Origin: Lepidodermella squamata
Lineage: Eukaryota > Animalia > Gastrotricha
Direction of reading: 5' to 3'
DNA: 64,000 nucleotides
Assembly (NCBI GenBank): GCA_047495785.1
Contig: JBLDXI010000105.1
Location: forward strand, 62,001 to 126,000
In this document: positions 26,430-39,679 of the stretch, piece after piece
Position numbering within the stretch: the first letter of the stretch is position 1
Layout of the letters: each line of letters starts with the position of its first letter
Notes under the pieces: generated by a model
The model's input: the letters and a program-made list of their open reading frames with translations, nothing else
Databases searched by the model: none
Told to the model about the DNA's origin: nothing
Position numbers and translations under genes: made by a program

Positions 26430-28390
26430 ATGACAACTTTTGAAGCTGATACTACGTTTTTTTCTCAAGTAACGGAAACGTCTCAGCGCCTCTGCAAAGT
26501 TTGCGGTCTTGTAGCGACGAAACGTCTCAGCTACCAGCCGCGAGCTTGTGCCGCTTGTGAAAAGTTCTTCAGACGCAGTGTCGAGCATTGGCAATCACTG
26601 GAATGCAACCACAAGTGCGCAAGTGCTGATGAGCTTATAACCACCAGGGACATGCGGCGTAGCATGTGCAAGAAATGCCGATTCGAGAGGTGCATTCGAG
26701 CTGGCATGAGAAGTAAGTTCACACCAGGCAGCAGGCCGCGCAACTAGCGAAAATACAATGTCGCTAGTTGTTCAATCTTCGTAATGTAGCGATGATCCCA
26801 CAGCACTGGGCCTGGTCTAACGGGGTTAGTTTAGTCACTAGAATTTTTAGTCTTAGTCACTAGTCTTAGAATTTTTTTTCGTGTTTTCCCCGTGAATATA
26901 TTTTTAATTACAGTATTCGTCGAAATACTAATCCCTCTCCTTGTTTAGTCTCGTTTAAAATTCACATACGGAAATTTGTTTGAAATTGAAACTTTGTTTG
27001 ATTGGCTACTATAGCCACATTCATAATTGTTCATGATTTATGCCAGGCAAATTCCTGATGCCTCCTGCGAAAAAAGACGTGATACAACCGGTGATAGATA
27101 TGGGCCTATCGTCATCGGCTGGTACCTTTGTGGAAGATACACTGGAAAGAGCAATCGACGTTCAACTGCTGCTTCACGGCCTCGAACAGGTATTTTAAAC
27201 GCTGATGTTGCGCTTTGAATAGCCTATTTTATAATTTAGATGCCGATGAGAAAAACCTACGTCGCGGATAACTTTTGCAGCTCTGAGATTATTAAAAAGC
27301 TCTTTTTTGATCATATTGTTGATTATCTACGGCTCGGCCAAATGTTTTGCGACAAAATTCAAGGTATGGTTTCAAAACGATCGAAGAACTGTTGTCAAAA
27401 CGTGAATATAATATATTAGAGTGTTTCAAAATTACCGAATCTGACGTCAAGCGCCTGGAAGTTCGTTGGAAAAGTGTTGTACTGGCCTACTCATCTATGC
27501 CAAGCGTCAGTGGCTGCCTCACTGCTAATTCCAGTCTCCTACCCAGTTTCTTGCACAATTTCCCTGAAGTTTTAGTAATATCCATAATAATTTTATAACG
27601 TGGTGCATTAATTTTTGTAAAGGAAAGAATTAGCGCATTTTTTTTGAAGTCGAAATTATAATTTTCCCATGAGAAAATTAGGAAAGATTGCAATATGTCA
27701 ACAAATTATTATTTTTATTTATTTAAAGAGCCATAACGCCCAGAAGAGGACAGTTCAGACAAGTGATCAATAAAAAAGTAGAGACAACAACAAAATTGAA
27801 AATCGAAATAGCGATAATTAAACCCGAAAAATACCAGTAAATTTCCAACTACTTTCTAAATCGGGAAAAAACCTTCCCGCTCGAGGATCCTACTTCGTAC
27901 CCTGAGTTTAGGACCAACGACCGTGTGGCTTTCCTTGAAAGTTGTATAATGTATAATTTACAATGACCGGGACTTTTCAGCCGGCCAAAGCTGCGGAAAG
28001 CAAACTATCAGAAGCCATGAGCACATGGAATCCAAGCTTCATCGAACTTGCTCTTCTCACTTGTCGACTGTTCCTCCACAGTAATGATTGTCCTTCTAAA
28101 AATGGTTTAATTATTTTTTGCCATTAACAGCTGCAGGCAATTGTGAGGACTTGACTGGAATGCAAGCAGCGCGGAAGCGTGTCGACATTGCTTTTGCCAT
28201 GGTTTGCTACAAGCTGCACGGCTTTAGAGTGGCAGAAGTCATGCAGGATATTTCCACTGTTGAACATCTCGTCGACTTGGCTTCGCGAGCTCTGGCTGAT
28301 AGCGGCGCTGCGATTTTGAAACGACTCGAAGCGACGTCGGGCTCTGAAGAATTAGCTGTAGGCATCAGGCTAACGCTCGAAGGCGAATAG
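26430..28390 (+). CDS. R6: divergent nuclear receptor, E-type, 354 aa (closest to R2)
   Basis: Exons 26430-26712, 27047-27189, 27240-27363, 27420-27574, 27981-28080, 28131-28390 are in frame. Shares the 155-nt exon 4 with R2. Confidence 0.9.
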
Positions 28391-28763
28391 CATGACATTA
28401 GTGTGAAAGCACGTTAAACAAACAGAAATCATTGTACTTGTAAGGTACAAGGAATCTGACTGCATATTAAATGTATTCAATATTTTATGAACATTTATAA
28501 AAAAAATGAAAAAAGTAGGCGCTTGTTTGCCATTGCTCATTAGTAGATGTGACGTACTTTTTGTCGGCCCGTGTTATTTCTATGTTATACTATCGCGATG
28601 CGAACCACACCAAGTCCGAAAAAGCCACAGGAGGGACCATTCAGTCAATTTATTTATGTATACTGTGAGAGGACAATAAAACTGACGAAATGAGAGCAAT
28701 ATCATCTGTTTATGCAGCGGTGATGTCCGCATTCGCATATATAACTGAGCGTAACCGGCCTCC

Positions 28764-30637
28764 TCAATTTGTGTCAACACCGAGCGTGAATATGCTGCCG
28801 AGAATCTTTTGTTCGCTACTAACCGAGGCTTCGAGTCTCTTCATAACTGCGACGCTACAATCGGTGATAACCAGCGATGCAAAATCGATGAGTTGTTCAG
28901 CTTCAGCAACCTTCTTCATAACTTGCACCATTCGCTGGCCGTGCAGCCTGTGGCAGATCGTGGCAAAAGCTGTTTCAACGCATTCTCGTGCTGCCTGTAC
29001 GCCAGGTGAATCGTCAATATTTCCAACTCCTTAAAATATAACTCGATAGAATGGACATCAAAGAATTTAAGGCGAATAGCTACCGCGGAGAAACAAGCGA
29101 CAAGACATAAGAGCTATTTCGATGAGACTTGGGTTCCATTCGCTCACGGCTTCTGAGACCTGGTGTTCAGCAGCTTTGGCCGGCTAAAACATAAATAATT
29201 TAGTTAATTTGTGTTCAATTAATTTGGTTAATAATTATGAATAATAATATTCTAGATAGCTTGAGATGGCCCGAGCCGAATAAAACAAAATATTTCTTCA
29301 ATGATCAAATTCTAAGACAGCGCAGCTGCATCGAAAAAAAATGCAATCGTTTTTCCCATGAGCAAAGTATGCCCGAAGCCCGACTATAATAATAACTGCT
29401 GCTGATAACTGGTTTGCTGATTACTGTTTCAATTAACAATTTTCAGCTTTACCAGAACTTCAGGATAAATGTCGAGAATACTGGGTAGAAGGCTGGAATT
29501 GGCCAATAGCCGGCCACTAGTGCTCGGCAGAGACGAGTAGGCTACTGCAACGGCCTTCCAATTGCGAACCAGCAGCAACTGCACATCGGACTCTCTCAAA
29601 CCGAAGCAGTCTTATGATTCAAAATTAAAAAGAATCAGTTTAGTCAAAGTTCAGAAGCCATACCCATCATTACGCTGCTAAACAACCGGCCGAGACTAAG
29701 AAAGCCTGCCATGTTATCGAAAGTAAGCTTTTTAATAAAGCCAGAATCGCAAATGCCATTCTCAACATAGGTACTCCTCATTGGCAACTGTAAAAGCGGA
29801 AATACGCCACTATTCTCAAGAACGATTTCATAAAAAAAGTACCTGTTCGAGGCCGTGAAGCACCAGTTGAACATCAATGGCCCTATCCAGCGTATGTTCT
29901 ATTATTGAACCCACTGTTGACGACGGTTCTAAATCGATCCCGAATTTCGGTTCGCTTCTGCATTTGACATTCGTCAGGTATTTACCTTGAGTATAAACAG
30001 ATTAACGTAGCATTTTTGCCATATTTTCAGTTTGTTGTCATTCGTGTTATTGTCAGAAGTGTGCGAAGTACCGGATGGTTAAGGGGTACAGTACACCGTA
30101 CTCCCACCTCGGGATTTCCTGGCAAGAAAGCCCCAAAAAACCACAGGGGGAAGGAGGACCCTTTTGTCTGATAAATTCGGGGCTGAGAATACAGAATTCC
30201 CACGCGTACCACGCTATAAAGCAAACATTGAGAGCTCATTGACATTCTCCGAGTTTGCTTCCAGCGTGTCTTGCTTTCCGGGTCACACTAATGCTTTATT
30301 TGCAGCTGGTTGGCGATTCTAGCTAAAGGAAATTGCTCAAGGCTCCAGGGAAAATTTTTTTGTGATCTGATAGTTTCTCCTTACTTTTGAGACCAGCGCG
30401 AACGCATGCTTCGAATCGGCATTTCGAACAATCGAATTTGCGCCAATCTCGAGGACTCTTCGCTTTTTCCATAACTGTCGGATCGAAGTCGTGGTTGCAC
30501 TTCAACCGCTGCCATTTCTCACAGTTGCGGCGGAAAAATTTCTGACAAGCCGCACAGGTTCGTGGTTGATAACAGGTACGAGGTGGTACAAGGCACCCAC
30601 AAACCTTGCATGGTATAATTGACTTCAAGGATTTCAT
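28764..30637 (-). CDS. R7: divergent nuclear receptor, Q-type, 347 aa (closest to R5)
   Basis: Exons 30637-30385, 29985-29843, 29787-29664, 29610-29453, 29183-29084, 29029-28764 are in frame. Confidence 0.9.
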
Positions 30638-31727
30638 CTATCATAATAAAATTCCAGAACTTTAACAAATTAATGGAAAAATAGCTTTGGGTGAAGGGCC
30701 TAAAATGTAAGAAAACCTTTTGAGGTGAACTTTATCGAAGGCTGGCTTGCGGGAGGTCATTTTTAGCCTTCTTTAGTAATGTGTCTTGACCTTCGAACTG
30801 CATGAAACCAAAAGGAAATTTTAGAAAAGCTTCTAATTTTACATAAATTCATAAACAGCAGTTTTTGAAAATCTGGGGCACACTACAATTTACTTCATTA
30901 CATAGGACTACTTTCGTCGCTTCGTCGGGTATGCGGGGTGATGATAGGCAGACTGCAGCAAGTATGGCTGGCTGTAATCCAGCCTAATCGATTACGACAG
31001 ATGATGCACACAGACACTTGGCGGATATAGCTAGCGAAGTGTCAGTGTATATTGCATTTTTTAAAAGCATACGTGTATGTCCCCAGTTATAAGTGCATAA
31101 CATGGATTGGCGGGAGATTTGTGTGAAATATACAAAATTGAGTCACTTCTTGGACACAGTGTTCCTAGTAAGTCGATATCAGAGATCATAGATTACGTTA
31201 GAGCTCATAGTTTCCCGGTCCGCGAAATTACGGTGCTTCATATAATAATGAATATAATAATAATAATAATAATAATAATAGTTTTATTTTGCCTCTTCGA
31301 GACTGAGCGTCATGTACCGTTTCCGGTTTTGAAGAGGGCGAAGGCAGGCGAAGAATGATCCTCACCCACCCCTACAGTCGAGGATTCTGCTTTTTGTATA
31401 GAATTCATAATTTTCAATCGAGTAGTGCTTCAGTTAAAAGTAAAAGCCAATTTACTTTTCTATCCTAACTCTTCTAACTGATTTTACACGGGATCTGTTA
31501 TTGATATAAATTGTGAGTTAGCCTCTAACGCTCTCCGTCACGGTCTAAGCTGGAGAAGAAATGTTCACTAGGGGCAACATATCGTTAGCATCGTTGAATA
31601 ACTCGGATTTAGTCTGTTTTGCATCCGTTTCAAGGTGGGAGGTGACAGCTAGAGTCTTTTGTTTTTCTCCCTCTGTTCACTCTAAAAAACGCCGCTTTTT
31701 ACTTGTCACCTTTGAAACGGGTGTAAA

Positions 31728-31940
31728 CAAGCAATAAAATTTGCGCCAATCTCGCGGACTCTTCGCTTTAGCGATTGCCATAGCATCGGAGTCATGGCTG
31801 CACCTCAAGCGTTGCCATTTCTCACAGTTGCGGTGAAAGAATTTCTAGCAAGCAGCACAAGTTTGGGGCTGGTAATAAGTGCGAGGTAGCACAGAGCATC
31901 CACAAACCTTGCATACTGTAATCGGCTTCGAAGTTTTCAT
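31728..31940 (-). pseudogene. Solo DBD exon pseudogene (R5/R7 type)
   Basis: MKTSKPITVCKVCGCSVLPRTYYQPQTCAAC*KFFHRNCEKWQRLRCSHD..SPRDWRKFYC has an in-frame TAG in the P-box. It is truncated next to a ~110-bp inverted-repeat element (about 31616-31727). Confidence 0.85.
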
Positions 31941-33912
31941 CTATCAAATCGAAATGATTTTTTAAGTTCCAGAACTTCAGAAATGTAATGAAAAAAACCA
32001 GCGTACATTTACTATTAGGACTCCCACAGTCACATTGTCGGGGGTTGAAAAGCTGCGTGAAATAAGTAGGGCTGCGTTCCAGCCTAATCGATAACGACAG
32101 ACAGAATGATACCCACAGACACCTGGCACAGACTCTGGCAATCTTGCGAGATATGTCGGGGTATAGCTCTTTTTAAAAGCATACGCAATCATTTTCATGA
32201 ACGAAAGACTGAATGCGGAGTTTTATTCATTTTTAAACCAAAATTCAAAAGATCTGCCTTAGGAGCGGTACATAGCCGTGGAGAAATAATTAAAAATTAG
32301 CTCGGCTGAGGTCTATGCATGCCCAGCACCTTGCTTTTAGTATGAAATGAAAAGAAATTCGAATTTAGTTTACGAATTTATCTGAGATGAAGTAAAATAA
32401 TTTAAATGCTTAAGAAATAATATTCAAAGTCGACACATCTAGAATCTAGATAGCGGATAAAAATGTATGAAATATTGCCAATGGTTGTTCCAATATGATT
32501 CAAATAATTTAGGGAGGATTCTCTCGTAAATATTATAAAATTCAATGTATAGCTCCTTCTATAAAACCTTTTATAAAAATCTCGAAACTTTCAACTTGTT
32601 CTGATTTTAGATTTGTTTTCTACCATTTCGTCCATGCAATTTTGTCGAAAGTCACGAATCATGGCCCTTTTCAGCGATTTTTAAAATATTATCCAGAATG
32701 GACTCATAGTCTTCTGATAGTGCGTTGGGTTGCATTAAAAGTGGTCGCGTGTAGACTCTTTACAAATTCTGCACGAATAAATTCACTTTACAAAGATCGT
32801 TAATTTCTTATCTGTTAGAGTGTTGTCTATATGATGGCTGTCCTATACGTAGTCAGGGCTGCGGACCTTAGTGCAATCCATTCATGTTAGGTCAGCCGTG
32901 AAAAAAATCTGCGTTAATTTGACGACTGCAGGACACAAATCGATATTAGGACATGCACGGTTTTATCTAGTCTCATTATCTACTCATATTGCGAGATGTT
33001 GTTTTCTGAAATATCAAAAAGCTCACGTTTACGCTTTACGCATTAACAGGCATTATGTGACGTACACTACAATATAAGTTTTATTATATGTGTTCCATAA
33101 TGATCCTCCATAGTGATCTTTCAAAGCTTCATGATCGGCATTTGATTCGTTTTGAAAACAGTTAACCAAACCGATGCCCAATGCGCAAAACTACTAGCAG
33201 GCTATATTATCGACATCCAATAAGCGAATTGGATGCTAAACTTAGTATGGCGCCCATGTTCTCTAGATGGCTTTTAACGAGATGGACTCAAGCTAGCTTT
33301 AGGCTAAATGACCCAAATACTAAACAACCCGCGCTAATACCAATCAAATGTTTTCTTCTTGTTTTCTAGGACTCAGCCGAAGAAACCAAAGGGTCGCGAC
33401 ACAGATATTTTGTTTAGGAGGAGTCAAGCCCCGGCGTCCTATTACGTCTCTTAATGACTTGAGTCGATGATCAAAGTCGAATAGAAAACAACTGATGGCT
33501 TTAAGCTAAAATTCCTCAGAATAACATTTTCATTTTGCAATTTATTAATACATACTGTAGTTCATACGTTTAAAAATGATTACCATTTTCTAACGAAATT
33601 TAGCGAACTTTCGGAATGTATCGACACCTTATCCCGAGCAAAGAGGGGAATATTCAAAGAATATTCCTGATTCACACGTCTTTTCCCGTTTCACTTTTTG
33701 GAATCAACTTGGAAATAGAGGGAAGATAATTCAATTTTACTTAGTAAATTCCCTTAAGTGATTTTATGCTTATTCAATAATAAATCGATTAGGAGTAGTA
33801 AATGATGAACAAGTTGATAGCTGATATGTGTTGTACGCCTATAGAGGATCTAAGCTTATACGGTATAGGCTCAAGCCTATACGGGATAAGCAATATTTTA
33901 AACTGTCATAAC

Positions 33913-34184
33913 GGTCAAACCGTGAGGGTCACCATCGATCATCATATATCAATCGATTGCTGTAATTAAGGGCTATCGATTGGTGCCAAATCGAATTCCA
34001 CGCGGCACACTCAGGGTCAAGTTTTGGCCAAAAAACGCAAATTTTCCGCATTTTTTTAACTTTAAAGGCAAAAATCATATTTCCAAAAGTTCCGCGCGGA
34101 ATTCGATTTGGCACCAATCGATAGCCCTTAATTACAGCAATCGATTGATATATGATGATCGATGGTGACCCTCACGGTTTGGCC
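33913..34184. mobile_element. Foldback MITE with ~90-bp near-perfect inverted arms
   Basis: 33916-34005 is the reverse complement of 34092-34181. It is nested in an outer imperfect IR (TGTTGTACGCCTATA, about 33829-34246). Confidence 0.8.
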
Positions 34185-34629
34185 ATTGTTTCGGTTGAAT
34201 ATAATGCTCATACCCTAAAGGCTTAAATACCGTATAGGCGTACAACATATATGTATCAAGCGAAGCGAGCGAATTTTTAGTAAAATCAGCAAAAATATGC
34301 TTATTTGACTGATTGGAAAGGCTCCTAATTGCAGAGCTTAACGAGCAATTAAAAGCTCAGAAATATTCCTAAAATTGATAGTAAAACTGACATATTCGCC
34401 AGTTACTAGCGGGCCTTTGCTTGGAACCGGCCCCAAGGCCGTAATCTGCCAGGTGTGAATCCTATGAAAATATATTGACTCTTTTGGTTGGTTGTAGTCT
34501 TCGAAGAACACAGCACTGTCCGTCTGGTTTTGTCGAAGATCTACGGTAAAAAGCGTATTGCTGACTCTTGAGTTGTTCAATTTGAATCTACTTTCTGCTC
34601 AAATGAATTGTTTACTTAAGGAATTTAAA

Positions 34630-37620
34630 ATGTCATCGTTTGAAGCCACATCAGATGGGCTATCATTTTCTTCTCAGGAAATAAAGCTGCCCCAATGCCG
34701 GTGCAAAGTTTGTGGTCTCGTGGCGAGGAAACGTCCCAGCTACCAGCCGCGAGCCTGTGCCGCTTGTGAAAAGTTTTTCAGGCGGACTGTCGAGCATTGG
34801 CAATCACTGGAATGCAACCACACTTACGTGAGTGCTGGCGAGCCTCCAACCTCGAGGGACATGCGGCGCAGCATGTGCAAGAAATGCCGATTCGAAAGAT
34901 GCATTCGGGTTGGCATGAAAAGTAAGTTCATATCTACAAATAATGACAATTTTCAGCAAATCGCAGCCAATTTTTCTATAAAAGGTTTAAGAAGTGCTAA
35001 ATTGTCAATTAAAAAGGCCACAAATGACCACAAATGAAATGATTTATATTACGTCCTCCAGTGGAATTAAAAAAGTACAACAAAAGTACCAAATTCCAAA
35101 ATACCCGTGCGGGTTTTGGGGACGGCGACGGGCGATCAGCTTGAGTCCGAGAGATCAGTCGCGAACAGTCTGCTTTTATTATAAAATTCATAATTTTCTA
35201 TAGTTAGGCAAGCCATCTGCTATTCATCTCGATTTCTGGCTGTGATTTCAGCTAATTCCCAATCAGCTATTATTTTGATTTTGGTGCGTCGCAAGTTTAA
35301 GGTCGATTTCCTGGGCCTTCCCCGTTTTTTCGGTTCATTTGGATTTTGTAGCCTTATGATGCGGTGCTCTACAATACCGATTTTTATCAAACTTCGTCCA
35401 ACACAATTTACCCACCTGGTTGGCGGTCTTCCCCGTGGGAAGAACCAGCTTGGGTCGACCGCTTTCCAGTAATAAATTTTGCTCACAAGACTTTCAGTGT
35501 CATATTCGTCCTGACGGATAATATGTCCTAAGTATTTCAACCTAAAAATTAAAAAGGGCTCAGGAAAAAGGGAGCAAAGTAGGGAATCAGGACTATTATT
35601 TATTAAGAGAAATTCGATAAAGGTCCCTCCTTTGATCTTTGGATGGAACAGTAATGAGACTTATCAGGACGCCGGAGCTTTATAGAATAGCGTAGTATTG
35701 AATAGTCCAGTAAGTGTCGCAGATATTTAATAAGGAGGATTCAAGCATGATTCGAACCCCTGCGTCCTGGTTCGTCTCATGCTTAGAATCGAAATACCGG
35801 GAATGCTTTTGACGCAGACATTTGTGGCTGCTGAACGCAAAACGGTTTGTTTGTTCATTCCCCTTTCAGTGAAGAGGAAGAACTGCCAACTTTTGGACCT
35901 ACATTTCTTCAATGACTCACTTTCATGAATGATGAATGGTTTCATTCAATCGATAGTTAGGAATTTCAATGACACTCATGGAAATGAAATAGGTTGCAAT
36001 TTAGCTTATCACTTAGCGCATCAAATACTTACCCCCTCACTATTCGCTATGTCCTAGCTGTACTCCTAATTGTTCATGCTCAAGGTAAATTCCTGAGGCA
36101 TCCTGCGAACAAAGACGTACCACAACTGGCGATAGATGTTTGCCCCTCGTCATCGGCTGGTTCGATTGTGGAAAAAACGCTGGCAAAAGCAATTGACGTC
36201 CAGCTGCTGCTTCACGGCCTAGATCAAGTATTTTGAACGACAGTCTTCATTTGATGCCTTTAGACATATATTTGTGTTAACAGCTGCCATTGAGGAAAAC
36301 TTATGTTAATGATAACTTTTGCGACTCAGCAGTCATTAAGAAGCTACTTTTCGACCACATCATGGATTTTTTACGGCTCGGTCGAATTATTAGCCAGCAA
36401 ATGCGAGGTAAGGTTTCAAAATCATGAAAAATGCCGCTTTTAAATGTGAACTTTTCAGATTGTTTCAAGCTGACCGAATCTGATGTGCATTTCCTTGGTG
36501 CTCGCAATTGGAAGAGCATTGCAGCGGCCTACTCCTCCCTACCAAGCATTAGTGGCTGTCTTCTAGCCAACCCCAGTCTTCTGCCCAGTTTCTTCCGCAA
36601 TTACCCGGAAGCTTTAGTAATATTATTTGCTGACAAATGCTTTATAAATGTGACGTGTGCCAAGGGCGTATGACGTAGATAGGGCGTCACGTGGAGAGGT
36701 TTTCGGACACGAAAACTGAAGTCAGACCATCTCATATTATCTGAAATCATCGTCAACACTTCAACTGCCAAAAATAGACTGCGAGGTCCGATATTTGGAT
36801 CCAAATCCTGAATCCTCAAAAGTCGTTTTTCGGGTCAACAATGCGTCGTAGAGCAAATTACCTTGCGGCAAAGTGTAGGCCATGACCCGGTAGTTGTTTT
36901 GACTCCGAATTTGGGACAAGAGAGTTTGAGGAACGCGCAGAAAACTAACTTGTTGATCATCGAGTAAACTGTAAGATGTTGTATAGACTTAACTGTATTC
37001 GTTATTCCTTTTAAATTTACCAAACGAACGTAGGTGGGAAAGGGCTCCATCAAGAAAAGTGCCCAAGGGCACTGAAAAGCTTGAAACGGCGCCAGAGGAG
37101 ATGCATTCCGCCAGTATATTTACTATCTAGCTTACTTCTGGTAGATTCTGGTAGATTCTCTATGCAATTTGTAAACAGTAAACATATAACACTTCTTATT
37201 ATATCAGCCAGCTAAAGCTGCTGAAAACAAGCTATCAGCTGCCATGAGTGGATGGAACCCTAGCCTGGTCGAAATAGCTCTGCTCACTTGCCGGTTGTTT
37301 CTTCGAGGTATTATAATTGCCCAGCTAGACAATGGCAGATTACTCATTTGCGATTTGCAGGTGCAGACAATTTTGAAGACTTGCCTAGCATACGAGCCGC
37401 ACAGAAGCGCGTCGAAATAGCTTTTGCTATTACATGCGGCAAGCTACATGGCTCCAGAGCCCCGAACGTTATGCGGAATGTTTCCGCCGTTGAACGTCTC
37501 GTCGACCTGGCATCTCGAGTTCTTAGTGATTGTGGCACCGCGATGTCGAAACGACTCGAAGCCACGTCCGGCTCTGAAGAGTTAGCTCTAAGCATCAGGT
37601 TTACCGTCGAAGGTGAATGA
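34630..37620 (+). CDS. R8: divergent nuclear receptor, E-type, 358 aa
   Basis: Exons 34630-34921, 36085-36227, 36284-36407, 36459-36616, 37208-37307, 37361-37620 are in frame. Confidence 0.9.
35220..35540 (-). mobile_element. 3' fragment of an RTE-like non-LTR retrotransposon in R8 intron 1
   Basis: KYLGHIIRQD..KIYYW..PRGRPPTRW resembles the C-terminal GH..RPRGRP..RW motif of RTE-clade ORFs. Confidence 0.65.
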
Positions 37621-38911
37621 TATGAAGATGAAATGCGTGTGATTTCAAGAAGAAAAACAACCTGGTAGCTTTCTGGCAGCTTGCCATTCGCATTTTTCAG
37701 TGAATCTTGAATTAATAAAAATGCATTGAAATGTGGGCATTTTGAAACTTGACTTTTGGGGTGTTATGGACCGATCCACGTTGCTGTCACACTTTTCACT
37801 GAAATCAAAACTGTGGCGAGGCTACCAAAAGTATATATTTTCCTAAAGCTCAGGACTCAGAGCTATCCAAAAATAAAAAGAGCTTGGTTCATATCGCCCA
37901 TTTAACATGTTCTCTCATGAAGATCTCTTTATAACTAAATCAAGTACGGAGAATTGAAAAATCAATATTAGAAGCTTCCAGCTATTACGGCCAGAGATCG
38001 AGAGAGTTCACCAAGATGACCTAAGATTACTCCTGAGGGGGTCCTAAGGCGTCGGAAGGGCAAACAGTCAATTTTTCTGACATATTTTCTTTTCAACGTT
38101 TTCTAGGTAAGTCGACCAGGCTGAATCCAGCGCAATTTACAGAATTTGTTCCAGCATTCATAGTTTTTCATCTACAACATAGAGAACGCTAGGGCGACGC
38201 CGCGGCGCGCTCGTTGCCCAACGAACGAACAAAAAACCCGTTGCTAATGTAAACAAAATATTTTTCAAAATTCTAATTTCTCTAATATTTTAATATTTTA
38301 ATTTGTATTTAAATAAAAAATTAATTCACTGCGAAAACCAGAAGGAACGACGCGAAATTTGAATTTCTCGTCGTTTCCGTTCGCGGCCGTTTTACTCCGG
38401 GAATTCCAAATGTGCCTTTCGACAAGACGCATACGCTGTATTCATTGTATTTCAGCTAAACTACGAGCACTAAATTGTTTCATCCCGGAGTCATAGCATG
38501 TTGTGCATGGTCGCACGTTGTCCTTCGTTATCCAGCTTTAAGTTTAGGTGCATCGCATGCCGTATCTTATTGCCGTCTTGAACAGTTAACTAATGGGAGA
38601 ACATGACCGTCCCATACGCCATACGCAATTATAGCTGCGGACCTCAGTGCATAAAGCAATCAAATATTGTTAGTGAATAGTTCATCTGTAAAATCTGCGT
38701 TAAGTTATGGACGGCGCAGGACACAGGACACAGATCGATATTATAGGACATGCGCTGCTGTATCTAGTCTCATAATCATATTACTGAAATTCTGAGATTT
38801 TGTTTTTCTGAAACATCAAATAGCTCACGATCAACGCAGTAACAGGCTTTTGTTATTAGAGAAAAAAATGACTAGAGTAAGCAGTAAGCCTCTCTTTTCT
38901 CAAAACGGATA

Positions 38912-39294
38912 CCGTAATTTTCAGTATAAGGGCCGCACCTGAATAATCGCCGCAAAATCACCCTTAATACTAACTTTGGATGTTAATAAGGGCCGTACTA
39001 GTTTAATCACCGCACGGTTCAAGCGATTAGTTCTCAGTGACCTTAATAAGCCGTCCGCTGACGCCCTTCATAGACTCCAGAAACCCTCTCGAGTACGCTA
39101 ACAGATTAAAATCCTCTTAGACCTTAGGTGAGTCTGAAAGTGACCAAATATCGCGTGATCCCTATTTAATGCATACGCCTATAAAATCGAATAATTGGGA
39201 GAAATAAGGGCCGCTCCCGATTTATCGCCGCAATTTTGACTGATTTCTCGAAAAACAGGAAAATTACTCGCCGCGGCCTTTATACTGAAAATTA
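38912..39294. mobile_element. pogo-type MITE nested in a fragment of the 47824 element family
   Basis: TIR CCGTAATTTTCAGTATAAGGGCCGC..GCGGCCTTTATACTGAAAATTA (right tip lost). The flanks rejoin as ctcaaaacg..tctccgtttt, as at 47895-47917. Confidence 0.7.
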
Positions 39295-39679
39295 TCTCCG
39301 TTTTAAACTGTGCGCTTTAAACTGTGGTGCGCTTTAAACTGTCAAGAAATGGATGAAATATCGCGAATGTGAAACCACTTTCCCTTTCTAAAGCAAATTT
39401 CCATCAAAAAGAGGAAATATATATCTTAGTTCTGCGGTATCATGTTTTTCGATTGCATCCCCGAGGGTAAATCAAAATCAATCAAATCAAAATGCTTTTC
39501 CCCCATATTCTATTATTTCATATCTAAATCAGTGAAAATAGGGTCTAATTCAAATCAAATCCAAAGCACTGAATTGAAGTCATAATTTACTTACAATAAA
39601 AGGCAAATAAACATTTCGCTAATCTAGGAATTAATAATCTTTACTCTGAACTTGATTCAGAAAGTTTTTAGAATTTTAA

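Noticed and set aside
33929-34168. Two mirror-image 62-aa ORFs
   Set aside because: They are an artefact of the foldback inverted repeat.
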